DNA from: Nemertoderma westbladi
Taxonomy: Eukaryota > Animalia > Xenacoelomorpha
Assembly (NCBI GenBank): GCA_032718475.1
Contig: JAUCBJ010008857.1
Coordinates: forward strand, 1 to 64,000
Direction of reading: 5' to 3'
Length of the DNA stretch: 64,000 nucleotides
The translations under genes were made by a program, and so were the position numbers. Below are positions 1-14,650 of the stretch, in pieces; the first letter of the stretch is position 1, and every line of letters starts with the position of its first letter. The notes beneath the pieces were generated by a model. It did no database searches and was not told the origin of the DNA. It worked only from the letters and a program-made list of their open reading frames with translations.

Positions 1-3000
1 TCCCTCTCGCGATAATATTCTATAGAAGTAAATTGGTACCTCCCTCTCGCTATAATATTCTATAGAAGTAAATTGGTACCTCCCTCTCGCGATAATATTC
101 TATAGAAGTAAATTGGTACCTCCCTCTCGCGATAATATTCTATAGAAGTAAATTGGTACCTCCCTCTCGCGATAATATTCTATAGAAGTAAATTGGTACC
201 TCCCTCTCGCTATAATATTCTATAGAAGTAAATTGGTACCTCCCTCTCGCGATAATATTCTATAGAAGTAAATTGGTACCTCCCTCTCGCGATAATATTC
301 TATAGAAGTAAATTGGTACCTCCCTCTCGCGATAATATTCTATAGAAGTAAATTGGTACCTCCCTCTCGCTATAATATTCTATAGAAGTAAATTGGTACC
401 TCCCTCTCGCGATAATATTCTATAGAAGTAAATTGGTACCTCCCTCTCGCGATAATATTCTATAGAAGTAAATTGGTACCTCCCTCTCGCGATAATATTC
501 TATAGAAGTAAATTGGTACCTCCCTCTCGCGATAATATTCTATAGAAGTAAATTGGTACCTCCCTCTCGCGATAATATTCTATAGAAGTAAATTGGTACC
601 TCCCTCTCGCTATAATATTCTATAGAAGTAAATTGGTACCTCCCTCTCGCGATAATATTCTATAGAAGTAAATTGGTACCTCCCTCTCGCGATAATATTC
701 TATAGAAGTAAATTGGTACCTTCTCTCGCGATAATATTCTATAGAAGTAAATTGGTACCTCCCTCTCGCGATAATATTCTATAGAAGTAAATTGGTACCT
801 CCCTCTCGCGATAATATTCTATAGAAGTAAATTGGTACCTCCCTCTCGCGATAATATTCTATAGAAGTAAATTGGTACCTCCCTCTAGCGATAATATTCT
901 ATAGAAGTAAATTGGTACCTCCCTCTCGCGATAATATTCTATAGAAGTAAATTGGTACCTCCCTCTCGCGATAATATTCTATAGAAGTAAATTGGTACCT
1001 CCCTCTCGCGATAATATTCTATAGAAGTAAGTTGGTGCCTCCCTCTCGCGATAATATTCTATAGAAGTAAATTGGTACCTCCCTCTCGCTATAATATTCT
1101 ATAGAAGTAAATTGGTACCTCCCTCTCGCGATAATATTCTATAGAAGTAAATTGGTACCTCCCTCTCGCTATAATATTCTATAGAAGTAAATTGGTACCT
1201 CCCTCTCGCTATAATATTCTATAGAAGTAAATTGGTACCTCCCTCTCGCGATAATATTCTATAGAAGTAAGTTGGTACCTCCCTCTCGCGATAATATTCT
1301 ATAGAAGTAAGTTGGTACCTCCCTCTCGCGATAATATTCTATAGAAGTAATTGGTACCTCCCTCTCGCGATAATATTCTATAGAAGTAAATTGGTACCTC
1401 CCTCTCGCTATAATATTCTATAGAAGTAAATTGGTACCTCCCTCTCGCGATAATATTCTATAGAAGTAAATTGGTACCTCCCTCTCGCTATAATATTCTA
1501 TAGAAGTAAATTGGTACCTCCCTCCCGCGATAATATTCTATAGAAGTAAATTGGTACCTCCCTCTCGCGATAATATTCTATAGAAGTAAATTGGTACCTC
1601 CCTCTCGCTATAATATTCTATAGAAGTAAATTGGTACCTCCCTCTCGCGATAATATTCTATAGAAGTAAATTGGTACCTCCCTCTCGCGATAATATTCTA
1701 TAGAAGTAAATTGGTACCTCCCTCTCGCGATAATATTCTATAGAAGTAAATTGGTACCTCCCTCTCGCGATAATATTCTATAGAAGTAAGTTGGTACCTC
1801 CCTCTCGCGATAATATTCTATAGAAGTAAATTGGTACCTCCCTCTCGCGATAATATTCTATAGAAGTAAATTGGTACCTCCCTCTCGCGATAATATTCTA
1901 TAGAAGTAAATTGGTACCTCCCTCTCGCGATAATATTCTATAGAAGTAAATTGGTACCTCCCTCTCGCTATAATATTCTATAGAAGTAAATTGGTACCTC
2001 CCTCTCGCGATAATATTCTATAGAAGTAAATTGGTACCTCCCTCTCGCGATAATATTCTATAGAAGTAAATTGGTACCTCCCTCTCGCGATAATATTCTA
2101 TAGAAGTAAATTGGTACCTCCCTCTCGCTATAATATTCTATAGAAGTAAATTGGTACCTCCATCTCGCTATAATATTCTATAGAAGTAAATTGGTACCTC
2201 CCTCTCTAATATTATATAGAAATAAATTGGTACCTCCCTCTCGCGATAATATTCTATAGAAGTAAATTGGTACCTCCCTCTCGCTATAATATTCTATAGA
2301 AGTAAATTGGTACCTCCCTCTCGCGATAATATTCTATAGAAGTAAATTGGTACCTCCCTCTCTAATATTATATAGAAGTAAATTGGTACCTCCCTCTCGC
2401 GATAATATTCTATAGAAGTAAATTGGTACCTCCCTCTCGCTATAATATTCTATAGAAGTAAATTGGTACCTCCCTCTCGCGATAATATTCTATAGAAGTA
2501 AATTGGTACCTCCCTCTCGCGATAATATTCTATAGAAGTAAATTGGTACCTCCCTCTCGCGATAATATTCTATAGAAGTAAATTGGTACCTCCTCTCGCG
2601 ATAATATTCTATAGAAGTAAATTGGTACCTCCCTCTCGCTATAATATTCTATAGAAGTAAATTGGTACCTCCCTCTCGCGATAATATTCTATAGAAGTAA
2701 ATTGGTACCTCCCTCTCTAATATTCTATAGAAGTAAATTGGTACCTCCCTCTCGCGATAATATTATATACAGTAGAAGTAAATTGGTACCTCCCTCTCGC
2801 TATAATATTCTATAGAAGTAAATTGGTACCTCCCTCTCGCGATAATATTCTATAGAAGTAAATTGGTACCTCCCTCTCTAATATTATATAGAAGTAAATT
2901 GGTACCTCCCTCTCGCGATAATATTCTATAGAAGTAAATTGGTACCTCCCTCTCGCTATAATATTCTATAGAAGTAAATTGGTACCTCCCTCTCGCGATA

Positions 3001-6000
3001 ATATTCTATAGAAGTAAATTGGTACCTCCCTCTCGCGATAATATTCTATAGAAGTAAATTGGTACCTCCCTCTCGCTATAATATTCTATAGAAGTAAATT
3101 GGTACCTCCCTCTCGCGATAATATTCTATAGAAGTAAATTGGTACCTCCCTCTCGCGATAATATTCTATAGAAGTAAATTGGTACCTCCCTCTCGCGATA
3201 ATATTCTATAGAAGTAAATTGGTACCTCCCTCTCGCGATAATATTCTATAGAAGTAAATTGGTACCTCCTCTCGCGATAATATTCTATAGAAGTAAATTG
3301 GTACCTCCCTCTCGCTATAATATTCTATAGAAGTAAATTGGTACCTCCCTCTCGCGATAATATTCTATAGAAGTAAATTGGTACCTCCCTCTCTAATATT
3401 CTATAGAAGTAAATTGGTACCTCCCTCTCGCGATAATATTATATACAGTAGAAGTAAATTGGTACCTCCCTCTCGCTATAATATTCTATAGAAGTAAATT
3501 GGTACCTCCCTCTCGCGATAATATTCTATAGAAGTAAATTGGTACCTCCCTCTCTAATATTATATAGAAGTAAATTGGTACCTCCCTCTCGCGATAATAT
3601 TCTATAGAAGTAAATTGGTACCTCCCTCTCGCTATAATATTCTATAGAAGTAAATTGGTACCTCCCTCTCGCGATAATATTCTATAGAAGTAAATTGGTA
3701 CCTCCCTCTCGCGATAATATTCTATAGAAGTAAATTGGTACCTCCCTCTCGCGATAATATTCTATAGAAGTAAATTGGTACCTCCTCTCGCGATAATATT
3801 CTATAGAAGTAAATTGGTACCTCCCTCTCGCTATAATATTCTATAGAAGTAAATTGGTACCTCCCTCTCGCGATAATATTCTATAGAAGTAAATTGGTAC
3901 CTCCCTCTCGCTATAATATTCTATAGAAGTAAATTGGTACCTCCCTCTCGCGATAATATTCTATAGAAGTAAATTGGTACCTCCCTCTCGCGATAATATT
4001 CTATAGAAGTAAATTGGTACCTCCCTCTCGCTATAATATTCTATAGAAGTAAATTGGTACCTCCCTCTCGCGATAATATTCTATAGAAGTAAATTGGTAC
4101 CTCCCTCTCGCGATAATATTCTATAGAAGTAAATTGGTACCTTCTCTCGCGATAATATTCTATAGAAGTAAATTGGTACCTCCCTCTCGCGATAATATTA
4201 TATAGAAGTAAATTGGTACCTCCCTCTCGCGATAATATTCTATAGAAGTAAATTGGTACCTCCCTCTCGCGATAATATTCTATAGAAGTAAATTGGTACC
4301 TCCCTCTCGCGATAATATTCTATAGAAGTAAATTGGTACCTCCCTCTCGCGATAATATTCTATAGAAGTAAATTGGTACCTCCCTCTCGCGATAATATTC
4401 TATAGAAGTAAATTGGTACCTCCCTCTCGCGATAATATTCTATAGAAGTAAATTGGTACCTCCCACTCGCGATAATATTCTATAGAAGTAAATTGGTACC
4501 TCCCTCTCGCGATAATATTCTACAGAAGTAAATTGGTACCTCCCTCTCGCGATAATATTCTATAGAAGTAAATTGGTACCTCCCTCTCGCTATAATATTC
4601 TATAGAAGTAAATTGGTACCTCCCTCTCGCGATAATATTCTATAGAAGTAAATTGGTACCTCCCTCTCTAATATTCTATAGAAGTAAATTGGTACCTCCC
4701 TCTCGCGATAATTTTCTATAGAAGTAAATTGGTACCTCCCTCTCGCGATAATATTCTACAGAAGTAAATTGGTACCTCCCTCTCGCTATAATATTCTATA
4801 GAAGTAAATTGGTACCTCCCTCTCTAATATTCTATAGAAGTAAATTGGTACCTCCCTCTCGCGATAATTTTCTATAGAAGTAAATTGGTACCTCCCTCTC
4901 GCGATAATATTCTACAGAAGTAAATTGGTACCTCCCTCTCGCGATAATTTTCTATAGAAGTAAATTGGTACCTCCCTCTCGCGATAATATTCTACAGAAG
5001 TAAATTGGTACCTCCCTCTCGCGATAATATTCTATAGAAGTAAATTGGTACCTCCCTCTCGCGATAATATTATATACAGTAGAAGTAAATTGGTACCTCC
5101 GTCTCGCGATAATATTCTATAGAAGTAAATTGGTACCTCCTCTCGCGATAATATTCTATAGAAGTAAATTGGTACCTCCGTCTCGCGATAATATTCTATA
5201 GAAGTAAATTGGTACCTCCCTCTCGCGATAATATTCTATAGAAGTAAATTGGTACCTCCCTCTCGCGATAATATTCTATAGAAGTAAATTGGTACCTCCC
5301 TCTCGCGATAATATTCTATAGAAGTAAATTGGTACCTCCCTCTCGCGATAATATTCTATAGAAGTAAATTGGTACCTCCTCTCGCGATAATATTCTATAG
5401 AAGTAAATTGGTACCTCCCTCTCGCGATAATATTCTACAGAAGTAAATTGGTACCTCCCTCTCGCGATAATATTCTATAGAAGTAAATTGGTACCTCCCT
5501 CTCGCGATAATATTATATACAGTAGAAGTAAATTGGTACCTCCGTCTCGCGATAATATTCTATAGAAGTAAATTGGTACCTCCTCTCGCGATAATATTCT
5601 ATAGAAGTAAATTGGTACCTCCGTCTCGCGATAATATTCTATAGAAGTAAATTGGTACCTCCCTCTCGCGATAATATTCTATAGAAGTAAATTGGTACCT
5701 CCCTCTCGCGATAATATTCTATAGAAGTAAATTGGTACCTCCCTCTCGCGATAATATTCTATAGAAGTAAATTGGTACCTCCCTCTCGCGATAATATTCT
5801 ATAGAAGTAAATTGGTACCTCCCTCTCGCGATAATATTCTATAGAAGTAAATTGGTACCTCCCTCTCGAGATAATATTCTATAGAAGTAAATTGGTACCT
5901 CCCTCTCGCGATAATATTCTATAGAAGTAAATTGGTACCTCCCTCTCGCTATAATATTCTATAGAAGTAAATTGGTACCTCCCTCTCGCGATAATATTCT

Positions 6001-9000
6001 ATAGAAGTAAATTGGTACCTCCCTCTCGCGATAATATTCTATAGAATTAAATTGGTACCTCCCTCTCGCGATAATATTCTATAGAAGTAAATTGGTACCT
6101 CCCTCTCGCGATAATATTCTATAGAAGTAAATTGGTACCTCCCTCTCGCGATAATATTCTATAGAAGTAAATTGGTACCTCCCTCTCGCGATAATATTCT
6201 ATAGAAGTAAATTGGTACCTCCCTCTCTAATATTCTATAGAAGTAAATTGGTACCTCCCTCTCGCGATAATATTCTATAGAAGTAAATTGGTACCTCCCT
6301 CTCGCGATAATATTCTATAGAATTAAATTGGTACCTCCCTCTCGCGATAATATTCTATATAAGTAAATTGGTACCTCCCTCTCGCGATAATATTCAATAG
6401 AAGTAAATTGGTACCTCCCTCTCGCGATAATATTCTATAGAAGTAAATTGGTACCCCCCTCTCGCGATAATATTCAATAGAAGTAAATTGGTACCTCCCT
6501 CTCGCGATAATATTCTATAGAAGTAAATTGGTACCTCCCTCTCGCGATAATATTCTATAGAAGTAAATTGGTACCTCCCTCTCGCGATAATATTCTATAG
6601 AAGTAAATTGGTACCTCCCTCTCGCGATAATATTCTATAGAAGTAAATTGGTACCTCCCGCTCGCGATAATATTCTATAGAAGTAAATTGGTACCTCCCT
6701 CTCGCGATAATATTATCTATAAGTAAATTGGTACCTCCCTCTCGCGATAATATTATCTATAAGTAAATTGGTACCTCCCTCCCGCGATAATATTCTATAG
6801 AAATAAATTGGTACCTCCCTCTCGCGATAATATTCTATAGAAGTAAATTGGTACCTCCCTCTCTAATATTCTATAGAAGTAAATTGGTACCTCCCTCTCG
6901 CGATAATATTCTATAGAAGTAAATTGGTACCTCCCTCTCTAATATTCTATAGAAGTAAATTGGTACCTCCCTCTCGCGATAATATTCTATAGAAGTAAAT
7001 TGGCACCTCCCTCTCGCGAAGTAAATTGGTACCTCCCTCTCGCGATAATATTCTATAGAAGTAAATTGGTACCTCCCTCTCGCGATAATATTCAATAGAA
7101 GTAAATTGGTACCTCCCTCTCGCGATAATATTCTATAGAAGTAAATTGGTACCTCCCTCTCGCGATAATATTCTATAGAAGTAAATTGGTACCTCCCTCT
7201 CGCGATAATATTCTATAGAAGTAAATTGGTACCTCCCTCTCGCGATAATATTCTATAGAAGTAAATTGGTACCTCCCTCTCGCGATAATATTCTATAGAA
7301 GTAAATTGGTACCTCCCTCTCTAATATTCTATAGAAGTAAATTGGTACCTCCCACTCGCGATAATATTCTATAGAAGTAAATTGGTACCTCCCTCTCGCG
7401 ATAATATTCTATAGAAGTAAATTGGTACCTCCGTCTCGCGATAATATTCTATAGAAGTAAATTGGTACCTCCCTCTCGCGATAATATTCTATAGAAGTAA
7501 ATTGGTACCTCCGTCTCGCGATAATATTCTATAGAAGTAAATTGGTACCTCCCTCTCGCGATAATATTCTATAGAAGTAAATTGGTACCTCCCTCTCGCG
7601 ATAATTTTCTATAGAAGTAAATTGGTACCTCCCTCTCGCGATAATATTCTATAGAAGTAAATTGGTACCTCTCTCTCGCGATAATATTCTATAGAAGTAA
7701 ATTGGTACCTCCCTCTCGCGATAATATTCTATAGAAGTAAATTGGTACCTCCCTCTCTAATATTCTATAGAAGTAAATTGGTACCTCCCTCTCGCGATAA
7801 TATTCTATAGAAGTAAATTGGTACCTCCCTCTCTAATATTCTATAGAAGTAAATTGGTACCTCCCTCTCGCGATAATATTCTATAGAAGTAAATTGGTAC
7901 CTCCCTCTCTAATATTCTATAGAAGTAAATTGGTACCTCCCTCTCGCGATAATATTCTATAGAAGTAAATTGGTACCTCCCTCTCGCGATAATATTCTAT
8001 AGAAGTAAATTGGCACCTCCCTCTCGCGATAATATTCTATAGAAGTAAATTGGTACCTCCCTCTCGTGATAATATTCTATAGAAGTAAATTGGTACCTCC
8101 CTCTCGCGATAATATTCTATAGAAGTAAATTGGTACCTCCCTCTCGCGATAATATTCTATAGAAGTAAATTGGTACCTCCCTCTCGCGATAATATTCTAT
8201 AGAAGTAAATTGGTACCTCCCTCTCTAATATTATATAGAAGTAAATTGGTACCTCCCTCTCGCGATAATATTCTATAGAAGTAAATTGGTACCTCCCTCT
8301 CTAATATTCTATAGAAGTAAATTGGTACCTCCCTCTCGCGATAATATTCTATAGAAGTAAATTGGTACCTCCCTCTCTAATATTCTATAGAAGTAAATTG
8401 GTACCTCCCTCTCGCGATAATATTCTATAGAAGTAAATTGGTACCTCCCTCTCTAATATTCTATAGAAGTAAATTGGTACCTCCCTCTCGCGATAATATT
8501 CTATAGAAGTAAATTGGTACCTCCCTCTCTAATATTCTATAGAAGTAAATTGGTACCTCCCTCTCGCGATAATATTCTATAGAAGTAAATTGGTACCTCC
8601 CTCTCTAATATTCTATAGAAGTAAATTGGTACCTCCCTCTCGCGATAATATTCTATAGAAGTAAATTGGTACCTCCCTCTCGCGATAATATTCTATAGAA
8701 GTAAATTGGTACCTCCCTCTCGCGATAATATTCTATAGAAGTAAATTGGTACCTCCCTCTCTAATATTATATAGAAGTAAATTGGTACCTCCCTCTCGCG
8801 ATAATATTCTATAGAAGTAAATTGGTACCTCCCTCTCTAATATTCTATAGAAGTAAATTGGTACCTCCCTCTCGCGATAATATTCTATAGAAGTAAATTG
8901 GTACCTCCCTCTCTAATATTCTATAGAAGTAAATTGGTACCTCCCTCTCGCGATAATATTCTATAGAAGTAAATTGGTACCTCCCTCTCGCGATAATATT

Positions 9001-12000
9001 CTATAGAAGTAAATTGGTACCTCCCTCTCTAATATTCTATAGAAGTAAATTGGTACCTCCCTCTCGCGATAATATTCTATAGAAGTAAATTGGTACCTCC
9101 CTCTCTAATATTCTATAGAAGTAAATTGGTACCTCCCTCTCGCGATAATATTCTATAGAAGTAAATTGGTACCTCCCTCTCTAATATTCTATAGAAGTAA
9201 ATTGGTACCTCCCTCTCGCGATAATATTCTATAGAAGTAAATTGGTACCTCCCTCTCGCGATAATATTCTATAGAAGTAAATTGGTACCTCCCTCTCGCG
9301 ATAATATTCTATAGAAGTAAATTGGTACCTCCCTCTTTAATATTATATAGAAGTAAATTGGTACCTCCCTCTCGCTATAATATTCTAAGTAAATTGGTAC
9401 ATCCCACTCGCGATAATATTCTATAGAAGTAAATTGGTACCTCCCTCTCGCTATAATATTCTAAGTAAATTGGTACCTCCCTCTCGCGATAATATTCTAT
9501 AGAAGTAAATTGGTACCTCCCTCTCGCGATAATATTCTATAGAAGTAAATTGGTACCTCCCTCTCGCGATAATATTCTATAGAAGTAAATTGGTACCTCC
9601 TCTCGCGATAATATTCTATAGAAGTAAATTGGTACCTCCCTCTCGCGATAATATTCTATAGAAGTAAATTGGTACCTCCTCTCGCGATAATATTCTATAG
9701 AAGTAAATTGGTACCTCCCTCTCTAATATTATATAGAAGTAAATTGGTACCTCCCTCTCTAATATTATTTAGAAGTAAATTGGTACCTCCCACTCGCGAT
9801 AATATTCTATAGAAGTAAATTGGTACCTCCCTCTCGCGATAATATTCTATAGAAGTAAATTGGTACCTCCCTCTCGCGATAATATTCTATAGAAGTAAAT
9901 TGGTACCTCCCTCTCGCTATAATATTCTATAGAAGTAAATTGGTACCTCCCTCTCGCGATAATATTCTATAGAAGTACATTGGTACCTCCCACTCGCGAT
10001 AATATTCTATAGAAGTAAATTGGTACCTCCCTCTCGCGATAATATTATATACAGTAGAAGGAAATTGGTACCTCCCTCTCGCGATAATATTCTATAGAAG
10101 TAAATTGGTACCTCCCTCTCTAATATTCTATAGAAGTAAATTGGTACCTCCCTCTCGCGATAATATTCTATAGAAGTAAATTGGTACCTCCCTCTCGCGA
10201 TAATATTCTATAGAAGTAAATTGGTACCTCCCTCTCGCGATAATATTCTATAGAAGTAAATTGGTACCTCCCACTCGCGATAATATTCTATAGAAGTAAA
10301 TTGGTACCTCCCTCTCGCGATAATATTCTATAGAAGTAAATTGGTACCTCCTACTCGCGATAATATTCTATAGAAGTAAATTGGTACCTCCCTCTCGCGA
10401 TAATATTCTATAGAAGTAAATTGGTACCTCCCTCTCGCGATAATATTCTATAGAAGTAAATTGGTACCTCCCTCTCGCGATAATATTCTATAGAAGTAAA
10501 TTGGTACCTCCATCTCGCTATAATATTCTATAGAAGTAAATTGGTACCTCCCTCTCGCTATTATATTCTAAGTAAATTGGTACCTCCCTCTCGCGATAAT
10601 ATTCTATAGAAGTAAATTGGTACCTCCCTCTCGCGATAATATTCTATAGAAGTAAATTGGTACCTCCCTCTCGCGATAATATTCTATAGAAGTAAATTGG
10701 TACCTCCCACTCGCGATAATATTCTATAGAAGTAAATTGGTACCTCCATCTCGCGATAATATTCTATAGAAGTAAATTGGTACCTCCCTCTCGCGATAAT
10801 ATTCTATGGAAGTAAATTGGTACCTCCCTCTCGCGATAATATTCTATAACGGTAAATTGGTACCTCCCTCTCGCGATAATATTCTATAGAAGTAAATTGG
10901 TACCTCCCTCTCGCGATAATATTCTATAGAAGTAAATTGGTACCTCCCTCTCGCGATAATATTCTATATAAGTAAATTGGTACCTCCCACTCGCGATAAT
11001 ATTCTATAGAAGTAAATTGGTACCTCCATCTCGCGATAATATTCTATAGAAGTAAATTGGTACCTCCCTCTCGCGATAATATTCTATAGAAGTAAATTGG
11101 TACCTCCCTCTCGCGATAATATTCTATAGAAGTAAATTGGTACCTCCCTCTCGCGATAATATTCTATAGAAGTAAATTGGTACCTCCCTCTCGCGATAAT
11201 ATTCTATAGAAGTAAATTGGTACCTCCCTCTCGCGATAATATTCTATAGAAGTAAATTGGTACCTCCCTCTCGCGATAATATTCTATAGAAGTAAATTGG
11301 TACCTCCCTCTCGCGATAATATTCTATAGAAGTAAATTGGTACCTCCCTCTCGCGATAATATTCTATAGAAGTAAATTGGTACCTCCCTCTCGCGATAAT
11401 ATTCTATAGAAGTAAATTGGTACCTCCCTCTCGCGATAATATTCTATAGAAGTAAATTGGTACCTCCCTCTCGCGATAATATTCTATAGAAGTAAATTGG
11501 TACCTCCCTCTCGCGATAATATTCTATAGAAGTAAATTGGTACCTCCCTCTCGCGATAATATTCTATAGAAGTAAATTGGTACCTCCCTCTCGCGATAAT
11601 ATTCTATAGAAGTAAATTGGTACCTCCCTCTCGCGATAATATTCTATAGAAGTAAATTGGTACCTCCCTCTCGCGATAATATTCTATAGAAGTAAATTGG
11701 TACCTCCCTCTCGCGATAATATTCTATAGAAGTAAATTGGTACCTCCCTCTCGCGATAATATTCTATAGAAGTAAATTGGTACCTCCCTCTCGCGATAAT
11801 ATTCTATAGAAGTAAATTGGTACCTCCCTCTCGCTATAATATTCTATAGAAGTAAATTGGTACCTCCCTCTCGCATAATATTCTATAGAAGTAAATTGGT
11901 ACCTCCCTCTCGCGATAATATTCTATAGAAGTAAATTGGTACCTCCCTCTCGCGATAATATTCTATAGAAGTAAATTGGTACCTCCCTCTCGCGATAATA

Positions 12001-12702
12001 TTCTATAGAAGTAAATTGGTACCTCCCTCTCGCGATAATATTCTATAGAAGTAAATTGGTACCTCCCTCTCGCGATAATATTCTATAGAAGTAAATTGGT
12101 ACCTCCCTCTCGCGATAATATTCTATAGAAGTAAATTGGTACCTCCCTCTCGCGATAATATTCTATAGAAGTAAATTGGTACCTCCCTCTCGCGATAATA
12201 TTCTATAGAAGTAAATTGGTACCTCCCTCTCGCGATAATATTCTATAGAAGTAAATTGGTACCTCCCTCTCGCGATAATATTCTATAGAAGTAAATTGGT
12301 ACCTCCCTCTCGCGATAATATTCTATAGAAGTAAATTGGTACCTCCCTCTCGCGATAATATTCTATAGAAGTAAATTGGTACCTCCCTCTCGCGATAATA
12401 TTCTATAGAAGTAAATTGGTACCTCCCTCTCGCTATAATATTCTATAGAAGTAAATTGGTACCTCCCTCTCGCGATAATATTCTATAGAAGTAAATTGGT
12501 ACCTCCCTCTCGCGATAATATTCTATAGAAGTAAATTGGTACCTCCCTCTCGCGATAATATTCTATAGAAGTAAATTGGTACCTCCCTCTCGCGATAATA
12601 TTCTATAGAAGTAAATTGGTACCTCCCTCTCGCGATAATATTCTATAGAAGTAAATTGGTACCTCCCTCTCGCGATAATATTCTATAGTAGTAAATTGGT
12701 AC
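1..12702. repeat. 40-bp satellite array (TCCCTCTCGCGATAATATTCTATAGAAGTAAATTGGTACC)n, roughly 320 copies, runs off the window start
   Basis: Unit read directly; recurrent variants include CGCGA>CGCTA, a 36-bp unit lacking GCGA and a 45-bp unit with CAGTA inserted; ends at GGTAC 12702. Confidence 0.99.
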
Positions 12703-12995
12703 ATTGGAGGTTTCTCATTTGTCCCCCTAAACGCCATTGCTACACAACATTGGAGGTTGTCATCATATATCACCCTAAAAATATGAACAGAGCCGCCTTT
12801 ACTTTTCAGGATATTGCTTTCGCCGTGAGGACCAGCCTGTGCACAATCTTGTGCTTTGACAGCCTATTGGAGAAGATAAGCATGGTGGACAACAATGACT
12901 TTCTTGAGACGCCTCCAAAATTTGTGGTGGCGCAATGTTGATAAGCCGGCTTACAGTGGAAGTACTCTTAATACTGCAGCAATGCACTCCGATAT
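12701..12995 (+). mobile_element. 5'-truncated, decayed 3' fragment of an RTE-clade LINE
   Basis: Colinear with 41994-42300, e.g. TTGCTTTCGCCGTGAGGACCAGCC, AAGCATGGTGGACA and ATGACTTTCTTGAGACGC are shared. Confidence 0.8.
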
Positions 12996-14650
12996 GAAGT
13001 ACATTGTTGTTACGCTTTCTAAATGATTAATTTATGGAAACAAAGGAGCAGCTGTTTTAGTTCCATTTATATGCTCGTAATAGGTTGCTATTTGCGTCCG
13101 TTTTACGGTGGAGAGCCCCCCCCCCCCCCCCGCCCCCCCCCCCTACCACCTATCTGAGTTTATGTTAGATGTCTTTCGAGAAAATTGGATAGCTTAGGAC
13201 AGCTTTTCCATAAATACGTCAGTAACCAATCCTATGTAAGTCAGATATGGAATGTAAGTCAGATAATGTTACCTTCAACCCTCGCTGAAACAAACGTTGC
13301 CTAAACGTTAGAGCCCAAGTAATCAGATTTAGTGAATTAATGACCAGGATTGAGCCATGCTTTGTTGCTATAGTAACATTCACCCAGATATCACATACAT
13401 CAAACTAAACATAATTAATTTGCTATTTTAAATGCGTTGGTTAGCCAGACTGACTTCCGGACACCCGCGTTGGGAACTAATTGATTTCAACAACGCATTA
13501 TTCCGACTCGCCACCTTCGCAGCAAACAATATGATACTCCTATTTAACTATTTTATGTCAAATATAAATCAAAGATTATAACAGAATGCCGCATTTCCAA
13601 TTTTTTTTCCAATTCCAATCCATTTTTATTCATCATAAACCAACTGATTAGTTGCCATGCAACACTGTCAATATCAATAATGTGCAATTGCGTTATTTAT
13701 TTATCGGAAGTAAATAAATAACGAGAAATCCAAATTTATTATTTCCCAACTTTCCATGTGAGAACGAACATTCCATATTGGGTTATTTAACATCAAGTTA
13801 AGTTACAATATATAACGTAAGACAGAATTTATACTATTCCGATAGTGGTAGAGTTTGTTTACACAGACGAAACATTAAATCCATACAGTAATGCTAACAC
13901 AATGTTTATTAAATAATAATTGTTGCACAATAAAAACAATATAATTTAATTTAATCACACAAGACACTGTAATACTAATGGCAAAATAACGACACTATTA
14001 TTTAAATATGAATTCATATTAATTACATTAGGAGCCTCAGTATTAGTTACCGACAACGTAATAATTAAATAAAAATACAGAATAATGTTGCCACTTTTTC
14101 CAAATACAAGTTGACTAAATCTTCTATTGAATTTTCGCTTTAATCTCCAGTAGAGGAGATGGTACGAGGGATAATATTATACTCTTAGATTTTTGATATT
14201 TACCAATTGGATGCGCTTCTAGTTTGAGATATATTATATTAATTGAGCGACCACGCGCCCAATGTTTCACACTCCCACTGTAACACAGGTTAATGTAAAA
14301 TTATTCAAGAACACCACTAATTCAATATTATTACTTATTCTTCCCAACAGCTGTTCTTTCTGTTTGACTTGTATAACGCAAATTAATGAAGAATGAATAA
14401 ATCAATTAGGATCCGTAACATTTTCATTGGGTATATTTCGGGTATTTACAAGAAATATCGACAGAGACAGAACGAAATTATAATTATTTGATAATTTTCG
14501 TTATCGTTTCTAATTTCCGCGTTATTTTCCGTCCAAAATCCCCGAAATTTAGATGATCCTGATAAAATGAACAACCGGTAGTTGAATTATTTTTCATATA
14601 ATAAAGGAAAGCGAAAATAAATAATAATGCAAAAAGGCACATAATTTATA

